64,000 nucleotides of DNA from Syntrophales bacterium (GCA_963666365.2 CAXXNF010000002.1:1280001-1344000), one strand, 5' to 3'. Positions 51,031-61,538 are shown, counted from the stretch's first letter. Program-made: numbers and translations. The notes: generated from the letters alone by a model not told the origin.

Positions 51031-51887
51031 TAATCAAACACTATTGTCTTGGAACCGTAGACAAGAATCCTGTTTTCAAGATGCAGTCTTACGGCCTTGG
51101 CAAGCACGATTCTTTCGATGTCCTTTCCCTTGAGCATCATATCCGCGACGGAATCTCGATGGGTCACTTTTATGACATCCTGCGCAATGATCGGACCCTC
51201 GTCAAGGTCTTCCGTCACATAATGACTCGTGGCGCCTATTATTTTTACCCCCCGCGTATAGGCTTGCTGATAGGGGGTTCCTCCGGCAAAGGCGGGGAGA
51301 AAGGAGTGGTGAATGTTGATAATTCTGTTTCGAAACCGATTCACAAAATCGCCGCTTAAAATCTGCATATAGCGGGCAAGAATTACAAGATTGATGTTGT
51401 GCCTCTGCAGTTCTTCTATCTCCAATGCTTCCTGCGCGGCCTTCGTCTCCGCGGTGACAGGAAAATATTTAAAATTAAGGCCGAACTGTTCCGCCAGGAC
51501 TTCGAGGTCCCGATGATTGCTGATGACAAGGGGAATCTCCGCCTTGAATTCTCCCATGCGATGCCGAAGGATGAGATCGTAGAAACAGTGCTCATGTCTG
51601 GATACAAATATTGCAATACGGGGAATAAAATCGGTAAATCGGATCGTCCACTCCATGTTGAATTCCCGTGCCAGCGGCTCGAAGGCTTCTTTTATCTTTT
51701 CCCTTGACACGGCGAAGCCATCGAGGTCCCACTCGATTCTCATGAAAAGAATATTCTCGGGCCGTACCGTATATTGTGCGGCGTGCAGAATATTGCCGTT
51801 GTTGCTGAAGATAAAATGTGAAATCTTCGCAACGATGCCTTTCTTGTCCGGGCAGGAAAGCAGCAGCAGTGCGGTCGGTTTTTCCAT
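51027..51887 (-). CDS. purU: Formyltetrahydrofolate deformylase
   Basis: ACT domain CPDKKGIVA, LARYMQILS, INIHHSFLPAF, GVKIIGATSHYVT.DLDEGPII. Confidence 0.96.
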   Translation of the reverse strand: MEKPTALLLLSCPDKKGIVAKISHFIFSNNGNILHAAQYTVRPENILFMRIEWDLDGFAVSREKIKEAFEPLAREFNMEWTIRFTDFIPRIAIFVSRHEHCFYDLILRHRMGEFKAEIPLVISNHRDLEVLAEQFGLNFKYFPVTAETKAAQEALEIEELQRHNINLVILARYMQILSGDFVNRFRNRIINIHHSFLPAFAGGTPYQQAYTRGVKIIGATSHYVTEDLDEGPIIAQDVIKVTHRDSVADMMLKGKDIERIVLAKAVRLHLENRILVYGSKTIVFDY

Positions 51888-52119
51888 GCAACGTTTCCTC
51901 GCGTCTTCGTCGGCCTATACACGAATTAGATTCCCCCGGTCAAGAACAAAGTCCCTTTCTCCATGCAGTTGCATCCCCGCATATCCATAGTCCTTCCGCC
52001 AACTCATAGGTCCGGAATAACTCTTCCCTTGATCATTGATGCCACTGTGGTATATAGGCCACTTTACTATTCTTGTTAAGGTTCGAATGTGCAGCCGCAG
52101 GATATGGAGGGCACACGGA

Positions 52120-52509
52120 ATGGAATTGTTCGAGAAAATTGAACTCCCCAGGGGCCTCGTCGTTCTCATATGGGATCGCTCGCGTCGCATCGCCGCCGAT
52201 ACGACGAAAGTGGAGGTGGAAATTACCATGCCTGTTGAGTTGAAGGCCGAATACTTCGACTCTTTCGAGGATTTCGAACTTGTCCGAAAAGTCTTCGGAC
52301 CGGAACTCGCCTTTACCTACCGGAAGGAAAGAACCTTTGTACACAACAGAGAAAAAGAATCCTTGGTGAGGGAACTGATCGAAGATTTCAAACATGATTC
52401 CCTCCCCTACCTTGCACGGCCTGATTTTCCCTCCCGATTTGCCCTTTCGAAGCTGTCTGATATTAAAAAACGGCCGCACCGGTACAGGAAATATCTGAAG
52501 AAAAAATAA
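52120..52509 (+). CDS. Hypothetical protein
   Basis: GGAGG RBS; WDRSRRIAAD...ERTFV...YLARPDF; co-oriented with mdh. Confidence 0.7.
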   Translation: MELFEKIELPRGLVVLIWDRSRRIAADTTKVEVEITMPVELKAEYFDSFEDFELVRKVFGPELAFTYRKERTFVHNREKESLVRELIEDFKHDSLPYLARPDFPSRFALSKLSDIKKRPHRYRKYLKKK

Positions 52510-52531
52510 CACATACTGAACGGGGTACAAA

Positions 52532-53461
52532 ATGGATAAAAAGGTAACAGTCATCGGCGCCGGGTTTGTGGGCGCCATGGTCGGACAGCGAGTGGTTGAA
52601 AAAAATATCGCCGATGTGGCCCTGATTGATATTGTGGAAGGAATTCCCCAGGGCAAGGCCCTCGACATCGCCCAGTCCGCATCGGTGGAGGGGTTTGACG
52701 GTCGCATTACAGGGTCCAATGATTTTTCGGAAATGAAGGATTCGCAGATTGTCGTCGTGACGGCCGGATTTCCCCGCACGCCGGGTATGACCCGTGAAGC
52801 ACTTGCAAAAAAGAACGGCGGCATCATCTCCTTGGTGGTTTCACAGATCGTGACGTATGCCCCGGAAGCTGTCGTGATTGTCGTCACCAACCCCCTCGAT
52901 GTTATGACCCATCTGGCATGGAAGGTTTCGGGATTTCCCCCCTCCCGGGTTGTCGGCATGGGCGGCGTACTGGACGAGGCTCGGTTCAAGTATTTTCTGT
53001 CACAGGAGTTGCAGGTGTCGGTCAGGGATATCGAGGCCCTCGTTCTCGGCAGCCACGGTGAAGCGATGGTGCCGGTGGAACGTTTCACTACCGTGAAAGG
53101 CGTGCCGGTGAGCGAACGTATCCCCCGGAATCGTTTTGCCGAAATTATCGAGCGAACAAAACAGGGGGGCGCAGAAATCGTCTCCCTGCTGAAAAGCGGC
53201 AGCGCCTGGCATGCACCGTCGGCATCGGTCACCGCCATGATAGAGGCGATCATCCGCGACAGTAAGCGCATGCTTCCCGCGGCGGCCTATCTTCAGGGCG
53301 AGTACGGCATAGAAGGAACACATGTGGGGGTGCCGGTCATCCTCGGTGCGAAGGGTGTGGAAGGGATCTGTGAAATTCCACTTAACGACGAGGAGCTCAC
53401 TGCGCTTCAGCGGGCGGCCGATGCCGTTAATGAACTCTACAATTCGCTGAAAGCGGAGTAA
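52532..53461 (+). CDS. mdh: Malate dehydrogenase (LDH-like)
   Basis: IGAGFVG, GKALD, TAGFPRTPGMTR, TNPLD, LD.ARF, GSHG, GGAEIV.LLKSGSA. Confidence 0.92.
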   Translation: MDKKVTVIGAGFVGAMVGQRVVEKNIADVALIDIVEGIPQGKALDIAQSASVEGFDGRITGSNDFSEMKDSQIVVVTAGFPRTPGMTREALAKKNGGIISLVVSQIVTYAPEAVVIVVTNPLDVMTHLAWKVSGFPPSRVVGMGGVLDEARFKYFLSQELQVSVRDIEALVLGSHGEAMVPVERFTTVKGVPVSERIPRNRFAEIIERTKQGGAEIVSLLKSGSAWHAPSASVTAMIEAIIRDSKRMLPAAAYLQGEYGIEGTHVGVPVILGAKGVEGICEIPLNDEELTALQRAADAVNELYNSLKAE

Positions 53462-55959
53462 TGCTTAATTCCTATTCCATAGAGACCCTACTTGCGCAGG
53501 TGCAGAAACCGGCTCGCTATACCGGCGGGGAAACAAATTCAGTGTGTAAAAATCCGGACAGATGCCGGGTATCATTTGCCCTGGCCTTCCCCGACGTGTA
53601 TGAAATCGGCATGTCCCATCCCGGTCTTCAGATCCTTTATTCGATTCTGAACCGGCAGCCTGCCATTGCGGCCGAACGGTGCTATGCCCCCTGGCCCGAC
53701 ATGGAAACACTGATGCGCGCACAGGGCATTCCGCTTTTTACGCTGGAGTCAAAGACACCGCTTCACCGTTTCGATATTGTCGGCTTTTCTCTTCAGTATG
53801 AACTTTCCTATACCAACGTGCTGGCTATGCTCAATCTGGGGGAAATCCCCCTGCGACAGAAGGATCGACGTGACGGCGATCCAATTGTGATCGCCGGCGG
53901 GCCCTGCGTGTTTAATCCGGAGCCGATGGCCCTTTTTTTCGATGCCTTTGCAATCGGAGAAGGAGAAGAACTGATAATCGAAATGGCCGAGGCCGTCGCC
54001 GAGGGGAAGGAAAAAAGGCGCTCGCGAAAAGCGATACTTGAAAGTCTCGCCGAACTGGAAGGGGTATATGTGCCGTCCGTTTTCAGAGGTTCCGCAAAAA
54101 TACGAAAACGCGTCGTCACCGATCTTAATCAGTCGACTCTTCCGGAACAACCGATTGTGCCCCTTATCAAAACCGTTCACGACCGGATCACACTGGAAAT
54201 TGCCCGCGGATGCACCCGGGGATGCCGCTTTTGCCAGGCGGGAATGGTGTGGCGACCGGCAAGAGAACGGACCCCGCAAGGACTCCTCGAAAATGCCGCA
54301 AAGGTGCTCGCCTCGACGGGATATGATGAAATATCGCTGCTTTCGCTCAGCGCCGGCGATTACAGCTGCATCGAATACCTGATCAGCGCTCTTATGAACC
54401 GGTACCACGAAAAGAGGATCGCCCTGGCCCTCCCTTCATTACGAACAGAGACGCTTACACCGCAACTGATCGATCAGATAAGAAGGGTGCGAAAAACCAG
54501 CTTCACCCTGGCGCCGGAGGCGGGAACTCAGCGCCTGCGCAATGTGATAAACAAGGGAAATACCGAGGAAAATCTGCTGACAACGGCACGAAGGGTCTAT
54601 GAAGGGGGCTGGAAATCCATCAAGCTCTATTTTATGATCGGGCTCCCCACTGAACGACGGGAAGATTTGGAAGGCATCGCCGATCTCGCCTACAAGGTGC
54701 TGAAGGAAGGCAATAACCGCCGCCAGGTCACCGTCAGCCTATCCACCTTTGTTCCTAAACCCCATACCCCCTTTCAATGGATGCGACAGATCGGCATCGA
54801 AGAAACAGGTGAGCGGCAGGAATTCTTCCGCCACAGGATCAGGCAGGGAAACCTTAAGCTCAAATGGCATGACCGGCGAATGAGTTTTCTCGAAGGCCTC
54901 ATATCGCGGGGAGACCGGAGTATCGGCGAACTGGTCGAACAGGTATTTTTGCAGGGATGCCGATTCGACGGATGGAGCGACCACTTTGATTTTACGCGCT
55001 GGGAAACCGCCATTTCAGACCTGAGAATCCGTCCGGACACATACCTGGGGGAACGCCGCCCCGCTGCACCCCTTCCCTGGGACCACATTGATTGCAGAAT
55101 CAACAAGGAGTTTCTTCTTGAGGAACTGGAAAAATCCTCTCGCGAATCGCCGACGGAAGATTGTCGTTTTGCCGTCTGCACAGGATGCGGCGCCTGTAAG
55201 GAAGGGATCAATGTCATAACGGCGGACCGTCCTGCGGTTGCCGACGTCGTGAATGCACCCCCGTCATTGACTGCGGACAGTTCATCGCATTCCGTCATGT
55301 CACTGCGCATTGCCTACACCAAGAGAGGCAACAGCCGTTTCCTCTCTCATCTCGATACATCGGCGGCGTTGATTCGAGCCATCACCAGAAGCGGATTTCG
55401 CTTTGTATACTCTAAGGGATTTCACCCCTATCCGAAGATATCCTTTCCGGGCGCCACACCTCTGGGTATGGAAAGCCTCTCCGAATACGCCGACATACAG
55501 GTCCAAAGAGAAGATCTGGACATGGTGCATATGAAAAGCCGCCTCAGCAATGCGCTCCCTTCGGGCATGGAAATTCTGCAACTCACCGAACTCGCACCGG
55601 ACAGACAGTCACTCTCGAAGGAGATTACCGGCTTTGTCTACCAAGTCTCTTTTGGCACATCTGACCAACCTGTGTTCTCCGGCTTGTCCCAGCGGATAGC
55701 ACGCTTTCTAAAAACAGAGAAAGCGACCATCACCCGGATGGCAAAGGGTAAAGAAACGACGCGCGACATTCGTCCACTGGTTGATTCCATTGTGTGCAAC
55801 GAAGATACGTTGACAATTGATATGATTTTGCGGTTAAATGACCGAGGTGCTGTACGGCCCCTCGAACTTCTCACCACCGTGCTCGAAGTCGATGAAAAAT
55901 CAGCCGAAAGAGCGCGAGTCATAAAAAAGGAGACCCTCTTCGTTAAAGAGGCGCACTAG
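53461..55959 (+). CDS. TIGR03960-type radical SAM protein fused to a TIGR03936/DUF2344 domain
   Basis: KPARYTGGE, FPDVYEIGMSH, CTRGCRFC, APEAGTQRLR; C-terminal RFLSHLD, YSKGFHPYPK. Confidence 0.9.
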   Translation: MLNSYSIETLLAQVQKPARYTGGETNSVCKNPDRCRVSFALAFPDVYEIGMSHPGLQILYSILNRQPAIAAERCYAPWPDMETLMRAQGIPLFTLESKTPLHRFDIVGFSLQYELSYTNVLAMLNLGEIPLRQKDRRDGDPIVIAGGPCVFNPEPMALFFDAFAIGEGEELIIEMAEAVAEGKEKRRSRKAILESLAELEGVYVPSVFRGSAKIRKRVVTDLNQSTLPEQPIVPLIKTVHDRITLEIARGCTRGCRFCQAGMVWRPARERTPQGLLENAAKVLASTGYDEISLLSLSAGDYSCIEYLISALMNRYHEKRIALALPSLRTETLTPQLIDQIRRVRKTSFTLAPEAGTQRLRNVINKGNTEENLLTTARRVYEGGWKSIKLYFMIGLPTERREDLEGIADLAYKVLKEGNNRRQVTVSLSTFVPKPHTPFQWMRQIGIEETGERQEFFRHRIRQGNLKLKWHDRRMSFLEGLISRGDRSIGELVEQVFLQGCRFDGWSDHFDFTRWETAISDLRIRPDTYLGERRPAAPLPWDHIDCRINKEFLLEELEKSSRESPTEDCRFAVCTGCGACKEGINVITADRPAVADVVNAPPSLTADSSSHSVMSLRIAYTKRGNSRFLSHLDTSAALIRAITRSGFRFVYSKGFHPYPKISFPGATPLGMESLSEYADIQVQREDLDMVHMKSRLSNALPSGMEILQLTELAPDRQSLSKEITGFVYQVSFGTSDQPVFSGLSQRIARFLKTEKATITRMAKGKETTRDIRPLVDSIVCNEDTLTIDMILRLNDRGAVRPLELLTTVLEVDEKSAERARVIKKETLFVKEAH

Positions 55960-55961
55960 CT

Positions 55962-57470
55962 ATGGCGAAAGAAATGATCTTTAACTGCAAGGAATACGAA
56001 ACGAGAATCGCCATGCTTGACAATAAAACTCTGTCGAATCTTTACGTGGAAAGGACGGACGAACGGTCCATAGCGGGAAATATTTATACGGGAAAGGTTG
56101 TCAGGGTGCTCCCGGGAATGCAGGCGGCTTTTGTCGATATCGGACTGGGAAGAACCGCCTTCCTCTATGTGGCGGATGCCTGCATAGAAAATCAAGCTCT
56201 GGATTTGCTGGTTTCGGAAGAGGAAGAAGAAAACCTCGAAGGCAAATGGGAATTCAAGCCGCATCCCTGTGCAATTGAAGACATACTTCGGGAAGGCCAG
56301 GAAATTCTGGTGCAGGCATCCAAGGAACCCCTCGGCAGCAAGGGCGCCAGAGTCACCGCCTACATATCGCTCCCCGGCAGAAACCTTGTGGCCATGCCCA
56401 CTGCGCGGCATGTGGGCATATCAAGAAAAATAATCGATGAATCGGAACGGGAGAGGCTCAGAAAGATTATCGAAGAGCTCCGACGCCCCGATTTCGGCTT
56501 TATTGCCAGAACGATGAGCGAAGGTAAAAAGGAAGGCGAGTTAAAGCAGGACGTCGATTTTCTCGTCAGACTGTGGGATGACATCAAGGCAAAGAGAACC
56601 AGAGTCGGTGTTCCCGGTCTTGTGCACAAGGAACTCAGCATGACCCTGCGCGCAATCAGGGACCTCTACACGGAGGATATGTCCCGGATTGTGATCGATT
56701 CTAAAAAGGAACACGAAAAGATCGATGAGTTTATGAAAAATTTCATGCCCGGTGTTTCCTACACCCTTGAGCTGTATGAGGATATCGAACCCATTTTCGA
56801 CCATTTCGGCATTGAAATTGATGTGGGGAAACTTTTCGACAAAAAAGTGTGGCTCAAGTCGGGCGGCTATATAGTGATCGAGGAAACCGAGGCGCTTTGC
56901 GCAATTGACGTCAACACGGGCAAATATGTAGGGAAACGCAACCTGGAGGATACCATCCTGAAAACCAATCTCGAAGCCGTAAAGGAAATTGCCCACCAGC
57001 TTCGCGTGCGGAACATCGGCGGCATAATCATTATAGATTTCATCGACATGATGGACGAAATCAACAGGGAACTGGTGTTCAACGCCATGAAATCCGAATT
57101 GGAAAAAGACCGTAACAAAACCAGCATCCAAAAGATTTCGGAACTGGGTCTTATAGAAATGACACGGCAGCGCAGAAGAAAGAGTCTTTCAAAAATCATG
57201 TGTGAATCCTGTCCTCACTGCGGGGGACGCGGCATCGTAAAATCAAAAACAACGGTCTGCTACGAAATATTCAGAGAACTTGAGAGGGAGTCTGCCCGGA
57301 ATCTGACAAAAACAATCTGCCTCCTTGTGCACCCCGATGTGGCCCATATGCTGATGGAAGATGAACGCAAACTTCTGGAAAAACTGGAGCAGAGATTAAC
57401 AAAAAGAGTTATTATACAAACCGACAACAGCTTCAACCAGGACAATTACGAAATTATACCCATGCACTGA
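55962..57470 (+). CDS. rng: Ribonuclease G (Rne/Rng family)
   Basis: GNIY.GKV.RVLPGMQAAFVDIG, KEPLGSKGAR, IDVNTG, GGIIIIDFIDM, CPHCGG.G. Confidence 0.93.
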   Translation: MAKEMIFNCKEYETRIAMLDNKTLSNLYVERTDERSIAGNIYTGKVVRVLPGMQAAFVDIGLGRTAFLYVADACIENQALDLLVSEEEEENLEGKWEFKPHPCAIEDILREGQEILVQASKEPLGSKGARVTAYISLPGRNLVAMPTARHVGISRKIIDESERERLRKIIEELRRPDFGFIARTMSEGKKEGELKQDVDFLVRLWDDIKAKRTRVGVPGLVHKELSMTLRAIRDLYTEDMSRIVIDSKKEHEKIDEFMKNFMPGVSYTLELYEDIEPIFDHFGIEIDVGKLFDKKVWLKSGGYIVIEETEALCAIDVNTGKYVGKRNLEDTILKTNLEAVKEIAHQLRVRNIGGIIIIDFIDMMDEINRELVFNAMKSELEKDRNKTSIQKISELGLIEMTRQRRRKSLSKIMCESCPHCGGRGIVKSKTTVCYEIFRELERESARNLTKTICLLVHPDVAHMLMEDERKLLEKLEQRLTKRVIIQTDNSFNQDNYEIIPMH

Positions 57471-57505
57471 CAAACCGCTTTTTACACTAATTGAAGGAGG
57501 TGAAT

Positions 57506-59008
57506 ATGGTTGATTACGATGTAATTGTCATCGGCGCCGGCAATGGAGGGCTTACCGCGGCAGCCGGGCTGGCAAGGCGGGGCATTAACGTACTGCTCCT
57601 TGAACGTCACAATGTTCCCGGCGGGTGCGCCACCAGTTTTGTACGGGGCCGATTCGAATTCGAAGTGGCGCTGCATCAACTGAGCGGCCTGGGAACCCCG
57701 GAACAACCGGGACCTCTCAGAGGGCTTATGCACCGCCTTGGCGTTCTCGACAAGGTGGACTTCGTGGAAGAGGACACCCTTTATCGCGCCGTGATTCCCG
57801 GCACATTCAGCGTCACGCTGAAAGCGAACAGGACGGAACTCGTGGCCGGTCTCAAAGATAAATTTCCTGAAGAGGGTGCGGCGATAGAAAAATTTTTCAC
57901 CCTTGTCTGGGATTTCAGCGCCCAGATGATATCGGTCTATTACCTGAAGGATCCCGAAACATCCAAAGAGAAATACCCGCTCTATTTTAAGTACGCACTA
58001 AAAACCACCCAGGAAGTATTGGACTCTTTTTTCAAGGATCCTTACCTCAAGATGGCAATCGCCTCATACTGGGGCTATGTGGGGCTTCCACCGTCACGCC
58101 TTTCCTTTACCGACATGGCGATTCTCCTCTGGTCCTATACAGAATTCAAGCCTTACCACATGAAAGGGGGATCGCAGGCGCTGTCCAATGCCATTCTGGA
58201 TACTTTCATTGCCGCGGGGGGAAGCGCACGCTTCAATTGCGGCGCTGAAAAAATCATCCTTTCGGAGGGGCGGGCCAGAGGGGTGATTACGGAGAATGGC
58301 GAAGAGATCAGCGCATGGGCGGTGATCTCCAATGCCAGCACCATTACGACATATACGGAACTGCTCGATTCTGCCGCGGTAGATGCGGACACGCTGAGAA
58401 TGCTCGGCTCGAGATCCCTCGGCCCCTCAGCGGTGTGTGTATACTGTGGTCTCGACTGTGAACCGAAGGATCTGGGCATCGATGTGAGCACCCAGTTTAT
58501 TACCCTCAATACCGATATGGACCGTCAGTTCGCCACATGGCGGACGCTGGATGCGCCGGAAACCTGCGGCATGACCTGCTACGACGTGGCGGACCCCGAG
58601 TTCTCCCCGGAGGGGGCCTGTCAGGTCGTCCTCATCATGCTTCAGTATGCCGATCACTGGTATGCAATTCCACCGACACAGTACGCAGACGCCAAATACC
58701 GCTATGCAAAGGGACTGCTCAACATTGCCGACCGGGCATACCCCGGCTTTATCGATGCCCTGGAAGAGGTGGAAGTCTCCACGCCCCTGACCCACTTGCG
58801 GTATCTGGGTCATCCCGGCGGCGCCTTTTACGGATTCGATCAGTACTCCAAAGATTCGAACCTTTTTGTATCGCCCCTGTCGGGCATCGAGGGGCTCTAT
58901 TTCGCCGGCGCCTGGGCCGGCATGGGAGGGTTTCAACCGACACTGGAATCGGGTGTGGCCGCTGCAAAAGCAGTGCAGGGCTATCTTGAGAAGCGAGGTG
59001 CGCTATGA
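57506..59008 (+). CDS. Phytoene desaturase/retinol saturase-like FAD oxidoreductase
   Basis: VIGAGNGG, LE.HN.PGGC.TSF.RG.FEFE, GGSQAL, STPLT, GLYFAG. Confidence 0.85.
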   Translation: MVDYDVIVIGAGNGGLTAAAGLARRGINVLLLERHNVPGGCATSFVRGRFEFEVALHQLSGLGTPEQPGPLRGLMHRLGVLDKVDFVEEDTLYRAVIPGTFSVTLKANRTELVAGLKDKFPEEGAAIEKFFTLVWDFSAQMISVYYLKDPETSKEKYPLYFKYALKTTQEVLDSFFKDPYLKMAIASYWGYVGLPPSRLSFTDMAILLWSYTEFKPYHMKGGSQALSNAILDTFIAAGGSARFNCGAEKIILSEGRARGVITENGEEISAWAVISNASTITTYTELLDSAAVDADTLRMLGSRSLGPSAVCVYCGLDCEPKDLGIDVSTQFITLNTDMDRQFATWRTLDAPETCGMTCYDVADPEFSPEGACQVVLIMLQYADHWYAIPPTQYADAKYRYAKGLLNIADRAYPGFIDALEEVEVSTPLTHLRYLGHPGGAFYGFDQYSKDSNLFVSPLSGIEGLYFAGAWAGMGGFQPTLESGVAAAKAVQGYLEKRGAL

Positions 59009-60165
59009 CGAATCGAGACTTCAGAGAGGATATCGAGGGGTATAAGGAGTTGAAGGAGGAAATAAGCGTCCTTCAGAAATACGCCCTTGAGCGTACCTGG
59101 GAGCGGGGCCTCGTGAACCGGGTCATTGAAAGACTCCATCCGAAGCGGCTCGATCTTGTCGTATCGGAGGTAAGGGAAGAAACGGCAAGCGCCAAAACCC
59201 TGCGAATGGTTTCCCCCGGGGGATATTTGCCCCCGTTCCAGGCGGGTCAGTACCTCAATCTTTTTGTAACGCTTGCAGGCGTCAGAACGGCCCGTCCGTA
59301 CAGCATTGCATCGTCCCCCGCCCAGACCGGCTACTATGACATTACGGTACGAAGGGTCGATGAAGGTTTTGTATCGAACTACCTCCTCGATGAGGTAAAA
59401 CCGGGAGACCGTTTCGAAAGTACGGGCCCGGAAGGACATTTCTACTACAATCCGCTTTTTCACGGACGCGATCTGGTTTTCATCGCAGGTGGAAGCGGCA
59501 TCACCCCGTTCATGAGCATGATCCGCGATGTGACGGACAGGGGAATCGATCGCGCTATCCATCTCATTTACGGAAGCAGGAATCCCGGCGACATTATCTT
59601 CGGCGATGAACTTGCCGACAGGGCACGGCGGCACAAAAATCTGACATACACACCGGTTATTTCGGAGCCTCCCCCCTCATATAAAGGACGCGCCGGGTTT
59701 ATCACCGCCGCGCTCATGGGCGAACTTGTGGGCGATATTTCAGGCAAGATGTTCTATCTCTGCGGTCCCGAAGCGATGTACCGGTTCTGTCTGCCTGAAC
59801 TGGCAACGATGAATATCCCTCAAAAGCGTATTCGCCGCGAGATATTCGGGCCCCCGAAAGATATTACCGCCGAACCCGGATGGCCCAAGTCGTTGTCAAA
59901 AGACGCCACGGTGACGGTAGCGCTCAAAGGCGGCCCCACCCTGACCGCCCTGGCGGGAGAACCACTTATAATATCACTGGAACGCGCAGGGATTGCTGTA
60001 CCCAATGCGTGCCGTTCAGGAGAGTGCAGCCTCTGCCGGACAAAGCTTCTTTCAGGCGAAGTGTTTCAGCCGGCAGGCGTGAAGGTAAGAAAATCGGACA
60101 GGCGCTTCGGCTATATTCATGCCTGCATGGCCTATCCGTTGACGGACCTGGAGATCATGATTTAG
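59005..60165 (+). CDS. FNR-like FAD/NAD reductase with C-terminal 2Fe-2S ferredoxin
   Basis: RPYSIAS, G.VSNYL, AGGSGITP, YLCGP, CRSGECSLC...C; ATGA overlap with the upstream gene. Confidence 0.9.
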   Translation: MTNRDFREDIEGYKELKEEISVLQKYALERTWERGLVNRVIERLHPKRLDLVVSEVREETASAKTLRMVSPGGYLPPFQAGQYLNLFVTLAGVRTARPYSIASSPAQTGYYDITVRRVDEGFVSNYLLDEVKPGDRFESTGPEGHFYYNPLFHGRDLVFIAGGSGITPFMSMIRDVTDRGIDRAIHLIYGSRNPGDIIFGDELADRARRHKNLTYTPVISEPPPSYKGRAGFITAALMGELVGDISGKMFYLCGPEAMYRFCLPELATMNIPQKRIRREIFGPPKDITAEPGWPKSLSKDATVTVALKGGPTLTALAGEPLIISLERAGIAVPNACRSGECSLCRTKLLSGEVFQPAGVKVRKSDRRFGYIHACMAYPLTDLEIMI

Positions 60166-60199
60166 ACAGGCTCACATTAAAAATAGAAAGGAAGGTATT

Positions 60200-60988
60200 A
60201 TGGATTTATCGTTGTTTTCGTGTGAAGGAAAAGTCGCCCTTATCACCGGGGGAAGCCGCGGGATCGGCCGCGCCGCAGCCCTTGCGCTGGCTGATGCAGG
60301 CGCCACCGTCGTGGTGGCCAGCAGAAAAATCGCCGACCTCGAAGAGGTAGCCGAAGAAATTAAGGCCAAAGGAGGCAAGGCAATGGCGATTGCATCCCAT
60401 GTGGCCAAAATGGAAGAATCAAAGGCCCTTATCGAAAAGGTGACCAAAGAATTCGGGCGTCTTGACATGCTGATGAATAACGCCGGCACCAACCCCTACT
60501 ACGGACCGTTGATGGATCAGGACGAAAAAACCTGGGACATCACAATGAATGTAAACCTGAAGGGGCTTTTTTTCCTCAGCCAGCTTGCGGCACGGGTCAT
60601 GAAAACTCAGGGCGGGGGAAGCATCATCAACACCTCTTCCATCGGCGGCATGCGGGCGGGTGAGCTGGGGGTATACTGCGTCACAAAGGCCGCAGTCATC
60701 ATGCTGACCGAGGTCATGTCAAAGGAATGGGGCCAGCACAACATACGGGTGAACGCCATCGCACCGGGAATCATTAAAACCCGTCTCAGCGAAGCGCTCT
60801 GGAAAGATCCGGAAGTGAACAAGGCTGCGGTCGCGCGGATTCCGCTCATGCGTCTGGGAGAACCGGAGGAGCTGGGCGGGGTGGTGGTATTTCTTACCTC
60901 AGAGGCCGGCAGCTATATCACGGGCGAGACGATCGTGATTGATGGCGGATGCCTCCTTGGAGAACCGGCGCACCTGGAGAAAAAATAA
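60200..60988 (+). CDS. SDR-family oxidoreductase
   Basis: TGGSRGIG, NNAGTNP, YCVTK, RVNAIAPG. Confidence 0.92.
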   Translation: MDLSLFSCEGKVALITGGSRGIGRAAALALADAGATVVVASRKIADLEEVAEEIKAKGGKAMAIASHVAKMEESKALIEKVTKEFGRLDMLMNNAGTNPYYGPLMDQDEKTWDITMNVNLKGLFFLSQLAARVMKTQGGGSIINTSSIGGMRAGELGVYCVTKAAVIMLTEVMSKEWGQHNIRVNAIAPGIIKTRLSEALWKDPEVNKAAVARIPLMRLGEPEELGGVVVFLTSEAGSYITGETIVIDGGCLLGEPAHLEKK

Positions 60989-61127
60989 CATGCCCGACAA
61001 TAACGCCGGCGCCGGCGACACACTACAGTCGCTCCCGCGCCGGCGGTTCTTTACAGGAACGTGGCCCCGACAGGCCGATCCAAAGAATTGTCACACTATT
61101 ACGCACTAACGACACAAGGAGGAACAT

Positions 61128-61538
61128 ATGCAGATTACATCGGTCGATCATATCAGTTATGCGGTAACCGACATCGACAAAGTCATTGAATCGTGGTCGA
61201 AACTTTACGGCATCGGTCCCTGGACATTCAGAGAAAACAGCGGCACCGACGTAAAGGGAAGACCCTGGGCAATTCGCATGGCCTTCGCGTACCTGGGTCC
61301 TGTGGAGATCGAACTTGTCCAGTGTACGGAAGGAAGGATTTTCCAGTCAAAATTCATCGATAAATGGGGTGAAGGTGTGCACCACCTGGGCTTCTGGGTC
61401 GACGATGTCGATGCCGAGGTTGCAAAACTCGTCGCAGAAGGGGCCAATCTGCTCATTCATGATCCGGGCAAATTCGCCTACCTCGATGCAGGCGGCCCGG
61501 GCGGCGCCATATTTGAGCTTATGCAGCGAAGAGATTGA
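61128..61538 (+). CDS. VOC-family protein (methylmalonyl-CoA epimerase-like)
   Basis: DHI..AV.D, EIELVQ, GEGVHHLGF.V.D, FELM. Confidence 0.87.
   Translation: MQITSVDHISYAVTDIDKVIESWSKLYGIGPWTFRENSGTDVKGRPWAIRMAFAYLGPVEIELVQCTEGRIFQSKFIDKWGEGVHHLGFWVDDVDAEVAKLVAEGANLLIHDPGKFAYLDAGGPGGAIFELMQRRD

Noticed and set aside
52033..53271. 412-aa minus-strand ORF
   Set aside because: Antisense to mdh and its upstream gene; no motifs.
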